Positions 1 through 9,758 of a stretch of 64,000 bases of DNA are shown here, piece by piece. Each line of letters starts with the position of its first letter. Position 1 is the first letter of the stretch. The translations under genes were made by a program, and so were the position numbers. This stretch comes from Candidatus Omnitrophota bacterium (lineage in GTDB: Bacteria > Omnitrophota > Gorgyraeia > Gygaellales > Profunditerraquicolaceae), in the NCBI GenBank assembly GCA_041651115.1, contig JBAZJY010000003.1, positions 3,188 through 67,187 of the forward strand, given 5' to 3'. The notes beneath the pieces are model-generated. The model was not told the DNA's origin. It ran no database searches and saw only the letters and a list, made by a program, of their open reading frames with translations.

Positions 1-523
1 ACCTCAAAAACTTCCAGCGCCCGGACGATCCTGCGCGTGTCATTAGGGTGGATTTTTTGCGCCGCTTCAGGATCAATTTTTGCCAGCCGCTGATGAAGAA
101 AATTACTGCCGTGCATTTTGGCTTCTTTATAAAGCTGCTTACGCAGCCGGCTGTCTTGCGCCTTAACATTAAATATACCGTCAACCACGATTGACATATA
201 CAAGCCTGTCCCCCCGACAAACAGCGGGATCCTGCCGCGGCCGATGATCTCTTTGATCTTTTTTATGGCGCTGCGGCGATAATCGGATACGTTGTATTCT
301 TTTGAAGGAGCGGCTATAGCAATAAGATGATGCGGGATCTTCTTTCTTAAATTTGCCGATGGCTGCGAAGAAATTATCTCCAAGCCCTTGTAAACCTGCA
401 TAGAATCACAAGAGATTATCTCGGCATTGATTTTTTTCGCCAGGCAGGCGGCAATTTCGGTTTTTCCTACGGCAGTTGGGCCGGTAAGAAAAATAATTCT
501 ATTTTTTCGTTTGTGATCTGTCA
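1..523 (-). CDS. miaA: tRNA dimethylallyltransferase MiaA (N-terminal part; C-terminus lies beyond window start)
   Basis: Reverse-complement translation from ATG at 523 gives MTDHKRKNRIIFLTGPTAVGKTEIAACLAKKINAEIISCDSMQVYKGLEIISSQP... The P-loop GPTAVGKT and DSMQVY motif are typical of MiaA. Not in the supplied ORF track because it runs off the window edge. Confidence 0.85.
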
Positions 524-1306
524 TTAAGGAAAGATTTTTGTGGGGTAGCCTTCCGCGGAAAGCCTGGCTTCCAATTCCAAAGCCTCTTGCCGGCTGGCCA
601 GCTTGCCTGATCTTACCCGGTAAACCGGCGCTCCCTGTGAAACCGCTTCTTCAATAAAAGCAGAATAGCCGCTGCGTTCCAGCCGGCGAATGAGATTTTC
701 AGCATTAGCCTTGCTGGCAAAAGAGCCCACCTGCACGGAATAATAGAAGTCATTATTTACCAATAAAAAAGCCTCCCAGCCGGGTTCAACATTCAAGGGA
801 AATTCCCGGCTAAGCCGGTCAAGATAATCCTTGGCAGCAGCGGTATTGCCAAGCTTGGCTTCGCATTGGCTTAAACGGGAATAAACAACCGCTTTTAAAT
901 TTAGCGCATCCTGCCCTGCCAACAGCTCAAGATAACCGTTCTTTGCTTTTTGGAAATCTCCCCGGAAAAAATATGTATCGCTAAGCCCCAGCCGCGCCTG
1001 GGGCGCGTAGCGGCTGGACTTAAGCTCATTAATGATTATTTCAAAAATATCCGACGCGCGCAGGAAATTGCCGTCTTTAAGATAGCTCAAACCGAGAATA
1101 TAATACAGCGCGTCCGCGTCTCTGTCGTTTCCTGCGGAGGCAAGCATCTTTTCGCCTCTGGTTATGGCTGCTCTGTAATCGCCGCTCATCAGATCGGCCT
1201 TAAGCGGATCAAGGTCTAATGCGTAAGCGGGCGTAGAAATCATAAATAATAAGAGCGCCAAATATAAAAAAACATTATCATTGCGAGCGAAGCGAAACAA
1301 TCTCAC
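524..1306 (-). CDS. TPR-repeat protein with C-terminal SPOR (peptidoglycan-binding) domain, signal peptide
   Basis: N-terminal hydrophobic signal (LYLALLLFMISTPAYA). Several TPR-like helical repeats. C-terminal YYSVQVGSF..A..L...L...GY..FI......YRVRSG segment is typical of SPOR domains. Confidence 0.65.
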   Translation of the reverse strand: MRLFRFARNDNVFLYLALLLFMISTPAYALDLDPLKADLMSGDYRAAITRGEKMLASAGNDRDADALYYILGLSYLKDGNFLRASDIFEIIINELKSSRYAPQARLGLSDTYFFRGDFQKAKNGYLELLAGQDALNLKAVVYSRLSQCEAKLGNTAAAKDYLDRLSREFPLNVEPGWEAFLLVNNDFYYSVQVGSFASKANAENLIRRLERSGYSAFIEEAVSQGAPVYRVRSGKLASRQEALELEARLSAEGYPTKIFP

Positions 1307-2445
1307 TTTTTCCCTCTTGATATTTTTTTCTGCAGCTCCAGTATCAACGCGTGCCTTCTTTCCTTTTCCTGCTTCGGCACATCATCTCCCAGCTTAAGGC
1401 TTGCGGTATTCGGCCGGGGTGAATATTTAAAGATGTATGCCGTGTCAAAGCCAACGCCCTTTACAAGATTATAGGTATGCTTAAAATCCGCTTCTGTTTC
1501 TGTCGGAAAACCTACGATGATGTCGGTTGTCAACTTAGGGCTATCTACGATTTTACGATAATTATCCGCCAATGCCAAATAGAATTTTGCCGTATAGCCG
1601 CGGTTCATCAATTTAAGTATCTTGTCCGACCCTGACTGCGCCGGAAGATGCAAATATTTTTTCAGCTTATCGCAAGCTGCCATTGCCTTGAATAATTCAA
1701 CGTCCGCGTCTTTCGGATGAGAGGTGATAAAACTGAATTCCTTCAGCCCCGCAATGGAATTAACGCGCTCAAGCAGCTTAATAAAATCAATATTCCCGTC
1801 TTGATAGGCATTAACGTTTTGGCCTAAAAGAGTGACCTTAACAATACCTTTATCCAGCGCAAGTTTTATTTCATCCAGGATATCTGCGTGCTTACGGTGC
1901 CTTAACCTGCCGCGCGTATAAGGCACAACGCAGTAAGAGCAGAAATTCGAGCAGCCTTCTGAAATAACCACAAAGGAATGCTCTTTATCTTCGTAAAAAC
2001 CCGTATGATAAATTTCCTCTGGCCTGTTCCCGCCTTCCGTTTCCCAGATTTTTACCTCATATAGGCTTTTACCTGTCGCCTGACACCTGTCGCCTGACAC
2101 CTTCTTTATGATTCCCGGGATCTTATGAATATCGGATGGCCCAACTACAAAATCCACGGCTGGACAACGCTCGAAAACCCTATCCTGATAATTCTGCGCC
2201 ATGCAACCAATGAGCCCGATAACCGGGATTCCCTGTTTCTTGAACCTTCCGATCTCGCTCCAAACCTTATCCTCGGCATGTTGCCGGACTGCGCAGGTGT
2301 TAAAGATAAGAATATCCGCCTTTTCCGGGACGCCTGCCAGTTGAAAACCGGAATCCTTCAGCAATCCGGCAACCACTTCCGAATCGCGTAGATTCATTTG
2401 ACAGCCAAAACTGCGAAGATAAACCTTTTTCTTATCTTCTTTCAT
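1303..2445 (-). CDS. radical SAM methylthiotransferase, MiaB/RimO/MtaB family (UPF0004 MTTase domain + radical SAM; TRAM domain apparently absent)
   Basis: N-terminal YLRSFGCQMNLRDSEV...NTCAVRQHAEDK (MTTase domain). CSNFCSYC radical SAM CxxxCxxC. 380 aa ends with a 4-nt ATGA overlap onto the next gene, so it is short rather than frameshifted. Adjacent to miaA. Contains an in-frame 2x14-nt repeat insert (VSGDRCQATGKS) at 2071-2103. Confidence 0.75.
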   Translation of the reverse strand: MKEDKKKVYLRSFGCQMNLRDSEVVAGLLKDSGFQLAGVPEKADILIFNTCAVRQHAEDKVWSEIGRFKKQGIPVIGLIGCMAQNYQDRVFERCPAVDFVVGPSDIHKIPGIIKKVSGDRCQATGKSLYEVKIWETEGGNRPEEIYHTGFYEDKEHSFVVISEGCSNFCSYCVVPYTRGRLRHRKHADILDEIKLALDKGIVKVTLLGQNVNAYQDGNIDFIKLLERVNSIAGLKEFSFITSHPKDADVELFKAMAACDKLKKYLHLPAQSGSDKILKLMNRGYTAKFYLALADNYRKIVDSPKLTTDIIVGFPTETEADFKHTYNLVKGVGFDTAYIFKYSPRPNTASLKLGDDVPKQEKERRHALILELQKKISRGKK

Positions 2446-5188
2446 GTTTATTCTTTTTTAAAAACCAACTGCGGCCCCACTTCTCAATTTCCACAATAAT
2501 GTAAATAAACAAGCCTATCAAAAAAATCCGCGCCCAAGCACTCAGCGAAATCGGAGCGCTATGAAAAAAACGATTCATAGCAGGAGTATACGTAAAAAGC
2601 GTCTGTAAACCGACCATAGTTAAAACACCGAAGACCAGCCAGCGGTTCGAAAATACCCCCAAAGCAAACATTGACTTCGACAGTGACCGACAGTTAAAAA
2701 GATAAAAAAGCTCTCCTATAACCAAAACACCAACGGCTGCGGTGCGCGCTTCTTCAATACTGAATCCGTTATTTCTTTCGTAGAAAAATAGCCCAAAAAC
2801 GCCAAGAGCTAAAAGCACGCCAACAGAGATTGTCCGCGTAATAAGATCCCCGGTCATAATCGGCGTTTTAGGATCACGGGGTAGACGTTGCATCAGATCA
2901 GGTTCCTTGGACTCAAAAGCTAACATCATGCCCAAACATAAAGCGGTAGTCATATTTATCCAAAGTAACTGCACCGGCGCGACAGGAAGCACCATACCTG
3001 CAAAAATGGCAACCATGATAGCAAGGGCTTCGCCTAAATTCGTCGGCAATGTCCAGACAATGAACTTTTTTAAATTATCAAAGACACATCGCCCTTCTTC
3101 GACCGCGGCTTCAATGGAAGCGAAATTATCATCAGTTAAAACCATATCCGCCGCTTCTTTTGCGACCTCTGTACCTGTGCGCCCCATGGCAATGCCTATA
3201 TTAGCTTGTTTAAGCGCCGGAGCATCATTGACGCCGTCTCCGGTCATAGCTACAATAAAACCTCTTGCTTGGATCGCTTTAACAAGCCGCAATTTTTGTT
3301 CCGGAGTCACGCGGGCAAAAACGCTGACCCGATCAACAGATTCCTGTAATTGCTTGTCATCCATATTTTCAAGTTCGCTTCCGCTCAGCGCTGCGAGGTC
3401 TTTAATTAATTCTTCTTCTCCAAGCCGACTTTTAAGGTTTAATTGTTCAGCAATGGCTTTGGCCGTCAGAATATGGTCTCCGGTTATCATCTTAACCAAT
3501 ATCCCGGCCGAATGACAACGTCGTACAGCCTCAATCGCTTCCTTGCGCGGAGGATCTATCATTCCCTGTAATCCTAAAAATGTCAGAGATTCAGTAATAT
3601 CACCGTGATCAATACTATCTTTCTGCGAAGAAATACTGCCACGGGCAAAAGCAAGCACCCTCAAGCCCTTTGCTGCCATAATTTCAACCTGACGCTCAAT
3701 AAGGGCGCGTTTTAAAGGACGGATTTCGCCATTTCCATCGAGATAATTAACGCATTTGGCTAAAATCTTTTCTACCGAACCTTTTAAATAAACAAGCCTA
3801 TTCCCGTTGGGTAAAATATGAAAAGTTACCATATATTGGTATTCCGATTCAAACGGAATAGAATCCTTGCGTGGCAACGAAGGCATGCCCTCGGGAAACA
3901 AGCGTTTGCCTTTATTCGCAGAAACAATAAGAGCCGCCTCTGTCGGGTCACCTTCCACCTGGAATAATCCTTGCCGTTCCACAATCCTGCTGTCGTTGCA
4001 CAATAAGCCTGCACTCAAGCATTCCTTCAGAGCTACATAAGCGGTGGCATCGGAGTTACGCGAAAGCTCTTGAATAGAACCTTCAAAACTATATCCCACC
4101 CCTGAAACTTGATAAGTTTTCCCTGCGCTAAAAATTTCCTGCACAGTCATTTGATTCTCAGTCAGTGTTCCGGTTTTATCAGAACAAATAACTCCGGTAC
4201 TGCCAAGTGTCTCCACTGCCGGTAGCTTACGAATGATAGCGCGGCGCTTAGCCATTCTTGCCACACCTATCGCAAGAGTTATTGTTACAGCTGCAGGCAG
4301 CCCTTCAGGGATAGCCCCTACCGCAAGCGCGACTGCGGCCATAAACATTTCCGCGGCCGATTCCCCTCTAAGGACGCCCACAACAAAAGTAAGTACAGCC
4401 AAGCCCATAATAACGAATAAAAGGTAATGGCTAAAGTGGGCTATTTTAGCGGTAAGGGGCGTCTCTAAATTTTCAGCCGTACTAACCAATTCTGAAATCC
4501 GTCCGACTTCGGTTGAGTCTCCGGTGGCGGTAACAACAGCTTTACCCCGGCCATAGGTAACAAAGGTTGAGGCATAAAGCATATTTAATCTATCCGCTAA
4601 AACAGTTTTTGAATCCAAAGGATTAATTTGCTTCTCAACTGGGACAGATTCACCGGTAAGAGGAGATTCGTTAGTTTGCAGGTCCCTCATAGAAATAAGA
4701 CGCATATCGGCTGATACCTTATCGCCAGATGCAATCATAACAACGTCTCCGGGTACCAACTCGGTAGATGCAATATGCTGTTCCTCACCGTCTCTTAATA
4801 CGGAAACAGAAGATGTCATAAAACGAGAAAGGGCTTCAAGGGCTTTTAAAGCCTTGGATTCCTGCAGAAAACCAACGATGGCATTAATAAGAACAACTCC
4901 AAAGATTACTGAAGCCTCAACCCATTCTTTTAAAAAAAGCGTAGTCACTACCGCCGCCAGAAGAATGTACACAAGGGGCTGATGGAATTGTATTAGAAAA
5001 CGTAGCCACAATGGCATGCCTTTTTTGGGGGTGATTTGATTTAAACCAAAACGTTCCATGCGCCTCTTAACCTCACCCAAGGATAAACCAACAGAAACAT
5101 CAACTTCAAGCCGTTTGATAACTTCATCAGCTGACAATGAATGCCAGGATTCTTTAGTAAGGCTTGAAATTTCACTAATCATAAACAA
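2432..5188 (-). CDS. cation-transporting P-type ATPase (type II, Ca2+/Mg2+-ATPase-like)
   Basis: 918 aa. CSDKTGTLT phosphorylation motif, TGDGVNDAPALKQANIGIAMG hinge motif, 10 predicted TM segments, N-terminal cation ATPase domain. Confidence 0.85.
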   Translation of the reverse strand: MFMISEISSLTKESWHSLSADEVIKRLEVDVSVGLSLGEVKRRMERFGLNQITPKKGMPLWLRFLIQFHQPLVYILLAAVVTTLFLKEWVEASVIFGVVLINAIVGFLQESKALKALEALSRFMTSSVSVLRDGEEQHIASTELVPGDVVMIASGDKVSADMRLISMRDLQTNESPLTGESVPVEKQINPLDSKTVLADRLNMLYASTFVTYGRGKAVVTATGDSTEVGRISELVSTAENLETPLTAKIAHFSHYLLFVIMGLAVLTFVVGVLRGESAAEMFMAAVALAVGAIPEGLPAAVTITLAIGVARMAKRRAIIRKLPAVETLGSTGVICSDKTGTLTENQMTVQEIFSAGKTYQVSGVGYSFEGSIQELSRNSDATAYVALKECLSAGLLCNDSRIVERQGLFQVEGDPTEAALIVSANKGKRLFPEGMPSLPRKDSIPFESEYQYMVTFHILPNGNRLVYLKGSVEKILAKCVNYLDGNGEIRPLKRALIERQVEIMAAKGLRVLAFARGSISSQKDSIDHGDITESLTFLGLQGMIDPPRKEAIEAVRRCHSAGILVKMITGDHILTAKAIAEQLNLKSRLGEEELIKDLAALSGSELENMDDKQLQESVDRVSVFARVTPEQKLRLVKAIQARGFIVAMTGDGVNDAPALKQANIGIAMGRTGTEVAKEAADMVLTDDNFASIEAAVEEGRCVFDNLKKFIVWTLPTNLGEALAIMVAIFAGMVLPVAPVQLLWINMTTALCLGMMLAFESKEPDLMQRLPRDPKTPIMTGDLITRTISVGVLLALGVFGLFFYERNNGFSIEEARTAAVGVLVIGELFYLFNCRSLSKSMFALGVFSNRWLVFGVLTMVGLQTLFTYTPAMNRFFHSAPISLSAWARIFLIGLFIYIIVEIEKWGRSWFLKKNKHERR

Positions 5189-5207
5189 TCCCCTATTCCT
5201 TTTACGT

Positions 5208-6686
5208 TCAGGTCTTTACCACTGATAATGTTTTTTGCAATCTCTTAAGATCATTATCATTTGCAAGCACCAATAAGACGTCGCCCCCTTCGATTACCGT
5301 AGAGCCGTTCGGGACAATAAAGGTATCTTCGCGTGAAATAATAACGACAAGGGCCTTAGGAGGAATATTGATTGCGGCGATAGATTTTCCGACAACATGC
5401 GAATTATACGGCACGATCATGTCGGTAAGCGAAGCATCAATGGCCTCCGAATATTCAAACTCAATAGGGTATTTCTTCTTTGGGTCAAACGGAGCATTAA
5501 CTTTAAGTATTTTTGATATACCCGGTATAGATGTTCCCTGAAGCAGCACAGAGGTTAAAACAACGAAAAACACTATATTAAATATCGCATGCGCCTGCGC
5601 TATCCCGGCCAGAAGCGGGAATGTCGCTAAAATAATCGGCACAGCGCCACGTAATCCTACCCAGGATATCATTGCCTTTTCCGCAAAATTGAATTTAAAC
5701 GGCAACAGGCATAAGAATACGCTGACCGGCCGCGCAAAAAGAATAAGTATAGCGGCTACCAGCAAACCGCTTACAATGATCGGCACTATCCGGGAAGGGA
5801 AAACAAGCAGGCCCAGCGTCAAAAACATCGCAATCTGCATTAACCAGGCAATCCCTTCATAAAAACGGACGATTGACCGCTTATTGACAAAATCACTCCT
5901 ACTCATCATTAACCCCAGCAGATAAACCGCGAGAAATCCGTTTCCCTTGATTAAAGTAGTAAGGGCGTAGGTAAAAACTACTAAGGCAATGGTCAAAACC
6001 GGGTATAATCCCTCATATTCAAGCTTACTCTTATTAATAAGGAAAATGCTTACCCGGGACATAAAATATCCCATCAACAGCCCGACACCCATATTAAGAA
6101 CAAAAAACGGGATCAAATTCAACACGGGAGAGCCAGGATTAATCAAAAGCCCGATACAGCCGATGGTAAGAAAAACAGCCATCGGGTCATTGCTGCCTGA
6201 TTCAAGCTCCAGGAGAGGCTTTAAGTTACCTTTAAGGGATATTTTCCGTGATCTGAGAACGCTGAAAACCGCCGCGGCATCAGTTGAGGATACAATTGAA
6301 CCAAGCAATAGCCCTTCAAGCAGTGAAAATTTAAGGATCAAAACCGCGGAAAAGCCGACAATTACAGCCGTAATAAGCACTCCGGCAGTTGATAAAATTA
6401 AACCCGGGGCGAGCAGCGGCTTAACGGATTTCCATGGCGTGTCCAAACCTCCGGAATAAATAATAAAGATCAGCGCGACGATACCGATTGATTTTGCGAT
6501 ACCATAATCGTTAAAATATATCCTGCCGATCCCCTCAGAACCTGCCAGCATTCCGATAACAAGAAACAGCAATAAGGCAGGCAGAGCAAACCTATCGGAT
6601 ATTTTACTTGCCAATACGCTGATAAGCGTTAAGACTGCAGCCCACAATATAATTGTTTCCATCGTCATGGTAATCGTTATTCCCAC
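5208..6686 (-). CDS. K+/H+ antiporter, CPA1 family with C-terminal TrkA_C/RCK_C domain (NhaP2/CvrA-like)
   Basis: About 12 TM helices followed by a soluble C-terminal domain (VVGKSIAAINIPPKALVVIISREDTFIVPNGSTVIEGGDVLLVLANDNDL) typical of TrkA_C. Confidence 0.7.
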   Translation of the reverse strand: MGITITMTMETIILWAAVLTLISVLASKISDRFALPALLLFLVIGMLAGSEGIGRIYFNDYGIAKSIGIVALIFIIYSGGLDTPWKSVKPLLAPGLILSTAGVLITAVIVGFSAVLILKFSLLEGLLLGSIVSSTDAAAVFSVLRSRKISLKGNLKPLLELESGSNDPMAVFLTIGCIGLLINPGSPVLNLIPFFVLNMGVGLLMGYFMSRVSIFLINKSKLEYEGLYPVLTIALVVFTYALTTLIKGNGFLAVYLLGLMMSRSDFVNKRSIVRFYEGIAWLMQIAMFLTLGLLVFPSRIVPIIVSGLLVAAILILFARPVSVFLCLLPFKFNFAEKAMISWVGLRGAVPIILATFPLLAGIAQAHAIFNIVFFVVLTSVLLQGTSIPGISKILKVNAPFDPKKKYPIEFEYSEAIDASLTDMIVPYNSHVVGKSIAAINIPPKALVVIISREDTFIVPNGSTVIEGGDVLLVLANDNDLKRLQKTLSVVKT

Positions 6687-7858
6687 ATCTCAAATATGTT
6701 TTTGAAAATTCCCCGTACAGCGCTCCGGGGGCTAGACTTAAATGCGTTCTTAAAACTATTGATCCTTGCCCTTATGAACTTTAATCGTAAAATATAGTCC
6801 GCTCTAACATTTAATACATAATGCCCGCATTTATCACAATCTGTCTTTTCGATCACGGTGCCTGTTTTATGTATGTTTTTAGATATCCTGCGAAACTCTC
6901 TGTACATATCCGAGAACCATATTTTACTGAACTTAGATAAACAGTTATCCCCCATCACCAAACCGGAGCCGCAACACGGAAATACCAAACCTGATGAATC
7001 TATCCTGGTAAATAGCCACCCTATGTAACATGGAGTGCTGATTGTTGTTTTCCCCCCGGCAAGGTCTTTATCTTCCTGATTGCCACAATTAAAATAATGC
7101 GATTTTAAAAGTTCGGGAATTGAATTATTGATAAAGTATTTTGCGGCTAATTTTTCCGCCTCCAAAAGGTCTTTCTGAAGATGCGAATGTTGTTCGCTAT
7201 TTAATCTCAAAGATGAGAGCTCTGAATTTAACCATATCGGGCGGATATTGATATTTTTAACTCCGGTATCAACGGCAAAGCGCACCATATTAGTCGTTTC
7301 CGAATAATTAATATTGTTTATCACGGAATGCAGCGTAATCTTGGCTTTCTTTGATTTAGAAAGGATGGAGATACGCCGTTTCAGCCGGTAAAAATCTTCA
7401 GCGGAATGCCGCGGGTGGACCTTGCACCAAACATCGGGTGTCCCCGCGTGCAAGCTTATCCAGAATCGTACGTTTGGCATAGCTAGTTCATCAATCATCC
7501 CTTCCGTAAGGTGTATGCCGCTTGTTACTAAAATACACTCCATCCCGAGAGAAACAACGAATTTTATCATCTTCCCGATTTCCGGGTTTAGGAGCGGCTC
7601 CCCCTTCCCTACTATCTGTATTTTTTTCGTGCCAAGCATGTGCAATTCCCATGCCAATTTCTTAAAAGTTTCAAAAGAGAGGAATGCCTGGCCATTAGCT
7701 TGGTTGTTCCGGCTTGGGAGCAAGGGAGAAAAATTATAGCATAGCATACAGCCAACGTCACATAGCTCCGAAACCTCAATCTGCGCGCTTCTGGGGCCGC
7801 AGAATGCTGAATTGTTGCTTACCATCCCCATAAATGTTTTTAATTTTGTAAACCGCAT
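6677..7858 (-). CDS. radical SAM / SPASM-domain protein (peptide- or protein-modifying maturase-like)
   Basis: CDVGCMLC (CxxxCxxC) near N-terminus. C-terminal Cys-rich region CYIGW...PCCGSG...CDKCGHY consistent with SPASM auxiliary clusters. No adjacent small precursor ORF seen. Confidence 0.6.
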   Translation of the reverse strand: MRFTKLKTFMGMVSNNSAFCGPRSAQIEVSELCDVGCMLCYNFSPLLPSRNNQANGQAFLSFETFKKLAWELHMLGTKKIQIVGKGEPLLNPEIGKMIKFVVSLGMECILVTSGIHLTEGMIDELAMPNVRFWISLHAGTPDVWCKVHPRHSAEDFYRLKRRISILSKSKKAKITLHSVINNINYSETTNMVRFAVDTGVKNINIRPIWLNSELSSLRLNSEQHSHLQKDLLEAEKLAAKYFINNSIPELLKSHYFNCGNQEDKDLAGGKTTISTPCYIGWLFTRIDSSGLVFPCCGSGLVMGDNCLSKFSKIWFSDMYREFRRISKNIHKTGTVIEKTDCDKCGHYVLNVRADYILRLKFIRARINSFKNAFKSSPRSAVRGIFKNIFEMWE

Positions 7859-7865
7859 AATTTTC

Positions 7866-9758
7866 TTATATTTTTCCCTGTTTCCCGGTTGAACGCGAAG
7901 CAGCTTCTATTTGACGATTAATCTCGGAGACTCTGCCCGCATAATCGCCATATTCCGTTAAAAGCTCTTTATATATCTTTAACGCCTCCGTCGGCTCGCC
8001 TTCCTGACGATAAATATCAGCCAGGCTCATGCTGGAATGATATACCCGCCCGCGGTCAGCAGGGTCTTTTTCAAGGCTGATGAGAAATGCCTCCCTTGCT
8101 TCTTTTAATTTACCGATTTCCCGGTAAGCCTGGCCGATATTTATATAGATGTCAGCGGTTTTTTGCGGATCATCATTATATTCTACCAGGAGCTTCCCGT
8201 ATATTTTCAATGCTTCCATTTGCTTATTTTCCTGGCGATCAATTCCGGCCATGGCCAGCTTAGGCCAATAGAGTTTCTCGCGGGTCCCAGGGCCTTTGGC
8301 AATACTCAAGCGAAACGCATCCCTTGCTTCTTTTAATTTACCCATGTCTATATGGACATAACCGATGCTCAAATAAGTATCTGCGATTTTATCCGATAAA
8401 CCGCTATATTCGCTTAAAAATCCTTCATAGACCTGTAAGGCTTCCGCCAATTTACCTTCGCGGCGATAGATATCGGCCAGGCACATCCTTACCCAATATA
8501 CCCGCTCACGATCATTAACGTCATTATCAATACTAAGAAGGAATGCGTCCCTTGCCTCTTTTAACCTATCCATTTCCAGGTAAATCTGCCCGATTGCGGC
8601 ATAAGCGTCTGCCAGCTTGCGCGGAGCATCTTTATATTCGGTCAATATCCGGCCGTAAGTTTTTAATGCCTCCTGCCAGTTTCCCTGCCGTAGGCGGATA
8701 TCAGCCAATGTCATTTTTATCCTATATGCCCATTCGGGATCGCCGGGTTGCATCTCTAAACTTAGCTGGAATTCCTTAGCTGATTTTTCTAATTCGCCTC
8801 CGGCTAAATATACCTGCGCAAGCTCCTCATGTAACCAGGCAAGCTGGTCTTTAGGCAAATGCTTATTTTCCAGGAGCCCGGACAATACGTCCGCTGCTGC
8901 CTTAAAATCTTTATCCAGGCGATAGATCGCGGCAATCTTAACATAAGGAAAGAGGTCGTTTATGCCGTCACGGATATAGCGGGCAGCCAATAACCGATAG
9001 ATCTCTATTGCTTTCGCGGAATTGCCGCGCATATACTCTCTTTCCGCAAGCTGCGGCAAAACGTAAGTGCTCCTGTTCTTCGGGTCGGAAAAATGCACAA
9101 TACCTGACCAAACAGGCAATGCGGCAAGAATAAATAATACCGCCTGAAGAATCCTGTTTGCCTTGAGTACAGCCGCGGCTTTTTTTAATAATACTTTTCC
9201 CCTCGTATAAATCAAACCGTTGTTTTCCTCTATGTACCTCCTCTGCGCATCCGTCAGCCCTGAAGCATAAAAAAACAGCGCGCCCTGCACCTTGGCTTTG
9301 CTAAAGTTAACGCCTGCAACATTCGCGCCTGTCAGGTCAGCCCCGGAAAAATCCGCTCCGTCAACAACGGCATTTGCCAGGTCCGCATCGCGTAAGTCTG
9401 CGCCTGAAAAATCCGCTTCCCATGCGTTTATGCCGGCAAGAGAAGCTGCGCGCAGCATGCATCCGGCAAAACTTGTCTGCAGCGCGCGGCAGCCGGATAA
9501 TCTTGCTTCTTCCAGGATCACGCCGTACAGCCTTGCCCTACTCAAGTCCGCTTCCCGCAGGTCTGCGCCGCGCATAGTTACTCCCGATAGTATCGCCGAC
9601 TCAAAATTAGAGCCGGTAAGAGTAGCGGCGTCCATATCTACCCTTAACAAGCTTACCCTGCTAAAAACCATGCCCGCGAGCTTTGCCTTACGCAAATCAA
9701 CGCCAACCATCCGGGCTGCGCCACTGTGTTTATTTAGAGGATCAATGTTTATTCTCAT
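7866..9758 (-). CDS. pentapeptide-repeat / transmembrane / TPR-repeat protein
   Basis: N-terminal tandem A(D/N)LxxA pentapeptide repeats (ADLREADLSRARL...ADFSGADLRDADLANAVVDGADFSGADLTGANVAGVNFSKA). One TM helix (ILQAVLFILAALPVWSGIV). About 10 TPR repeats (repeated EAL.IY..LL.EY, DKIADTYLSIG, KLKEARDAF). Confidence 0.6.
   Translation of the reverse strand: MRINIDPLNKHSGAARMVGVDLRKAKLAGMVFSRVSLLRVDMDAATLTGSNFESAILSGVTMRGADLREADLSRARLYGVILEEARLSGCRALQTSFAGCMLRAASLAGINAWEADFSGADLRDADLANAVVDGADFSGADLTGANVAGVNFSKAKVQGALFFYASGLTDAQRRYIEENNGLIYTRGKVLLKKAAAVLKANRILQAVLFILAALPVWSGIVHFSDPKNRSTYVLPQLAEREYMRGNSAKAIEIYRLLAARYIRDGINDLFPYVKIAAIYRLDKDFKAAADVLSGLLENKHLPKDQLAWLHEELAQVYLAGGELEKSAKEFQLSLEMQPGDPEWAYRIKMTLADIRLRQGNWQEALKTYGRILTEYKDAPRKLADAYAAIGQIYLEMDRLKEARDAFLLSIDNDVNDRERVYWVRMCLADIYRREGKLAEALQVYEGFLSEYSGLSDKIADTYLSIGYVHIDMGKLKEARDAFRLSIAKGPGTREKLYWPKLAMAGIDRQENKQMEALKIYGKLLVEYNDDPQKTADIYINIGQAYREIGKLKEAREAFLISLEKDPADRGRVYHSSMSLADIYRQEGEPTEALKIYKELLTEYGDYAGRVSEINRQIEAASRSTGKQGKI

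Noticed and set aside
2907-3515. Plus-strand ORF of 202 aa antisense to the P-type ATPase. Similar long antisense ORFs are at 5989-6459, 9292-9807, 51849-52373, 52874-53401, 56150-56860, 57709-58272, 58831-59376 and 59523-60008.
   Set aside because: Each lies entirely inside a well-supported minus-strand gene. Composition is Ala/Ser/Pro/Arg-rich and low-complexity, as expected for the reverse frame of coding sequence. No motifs, no RBS.
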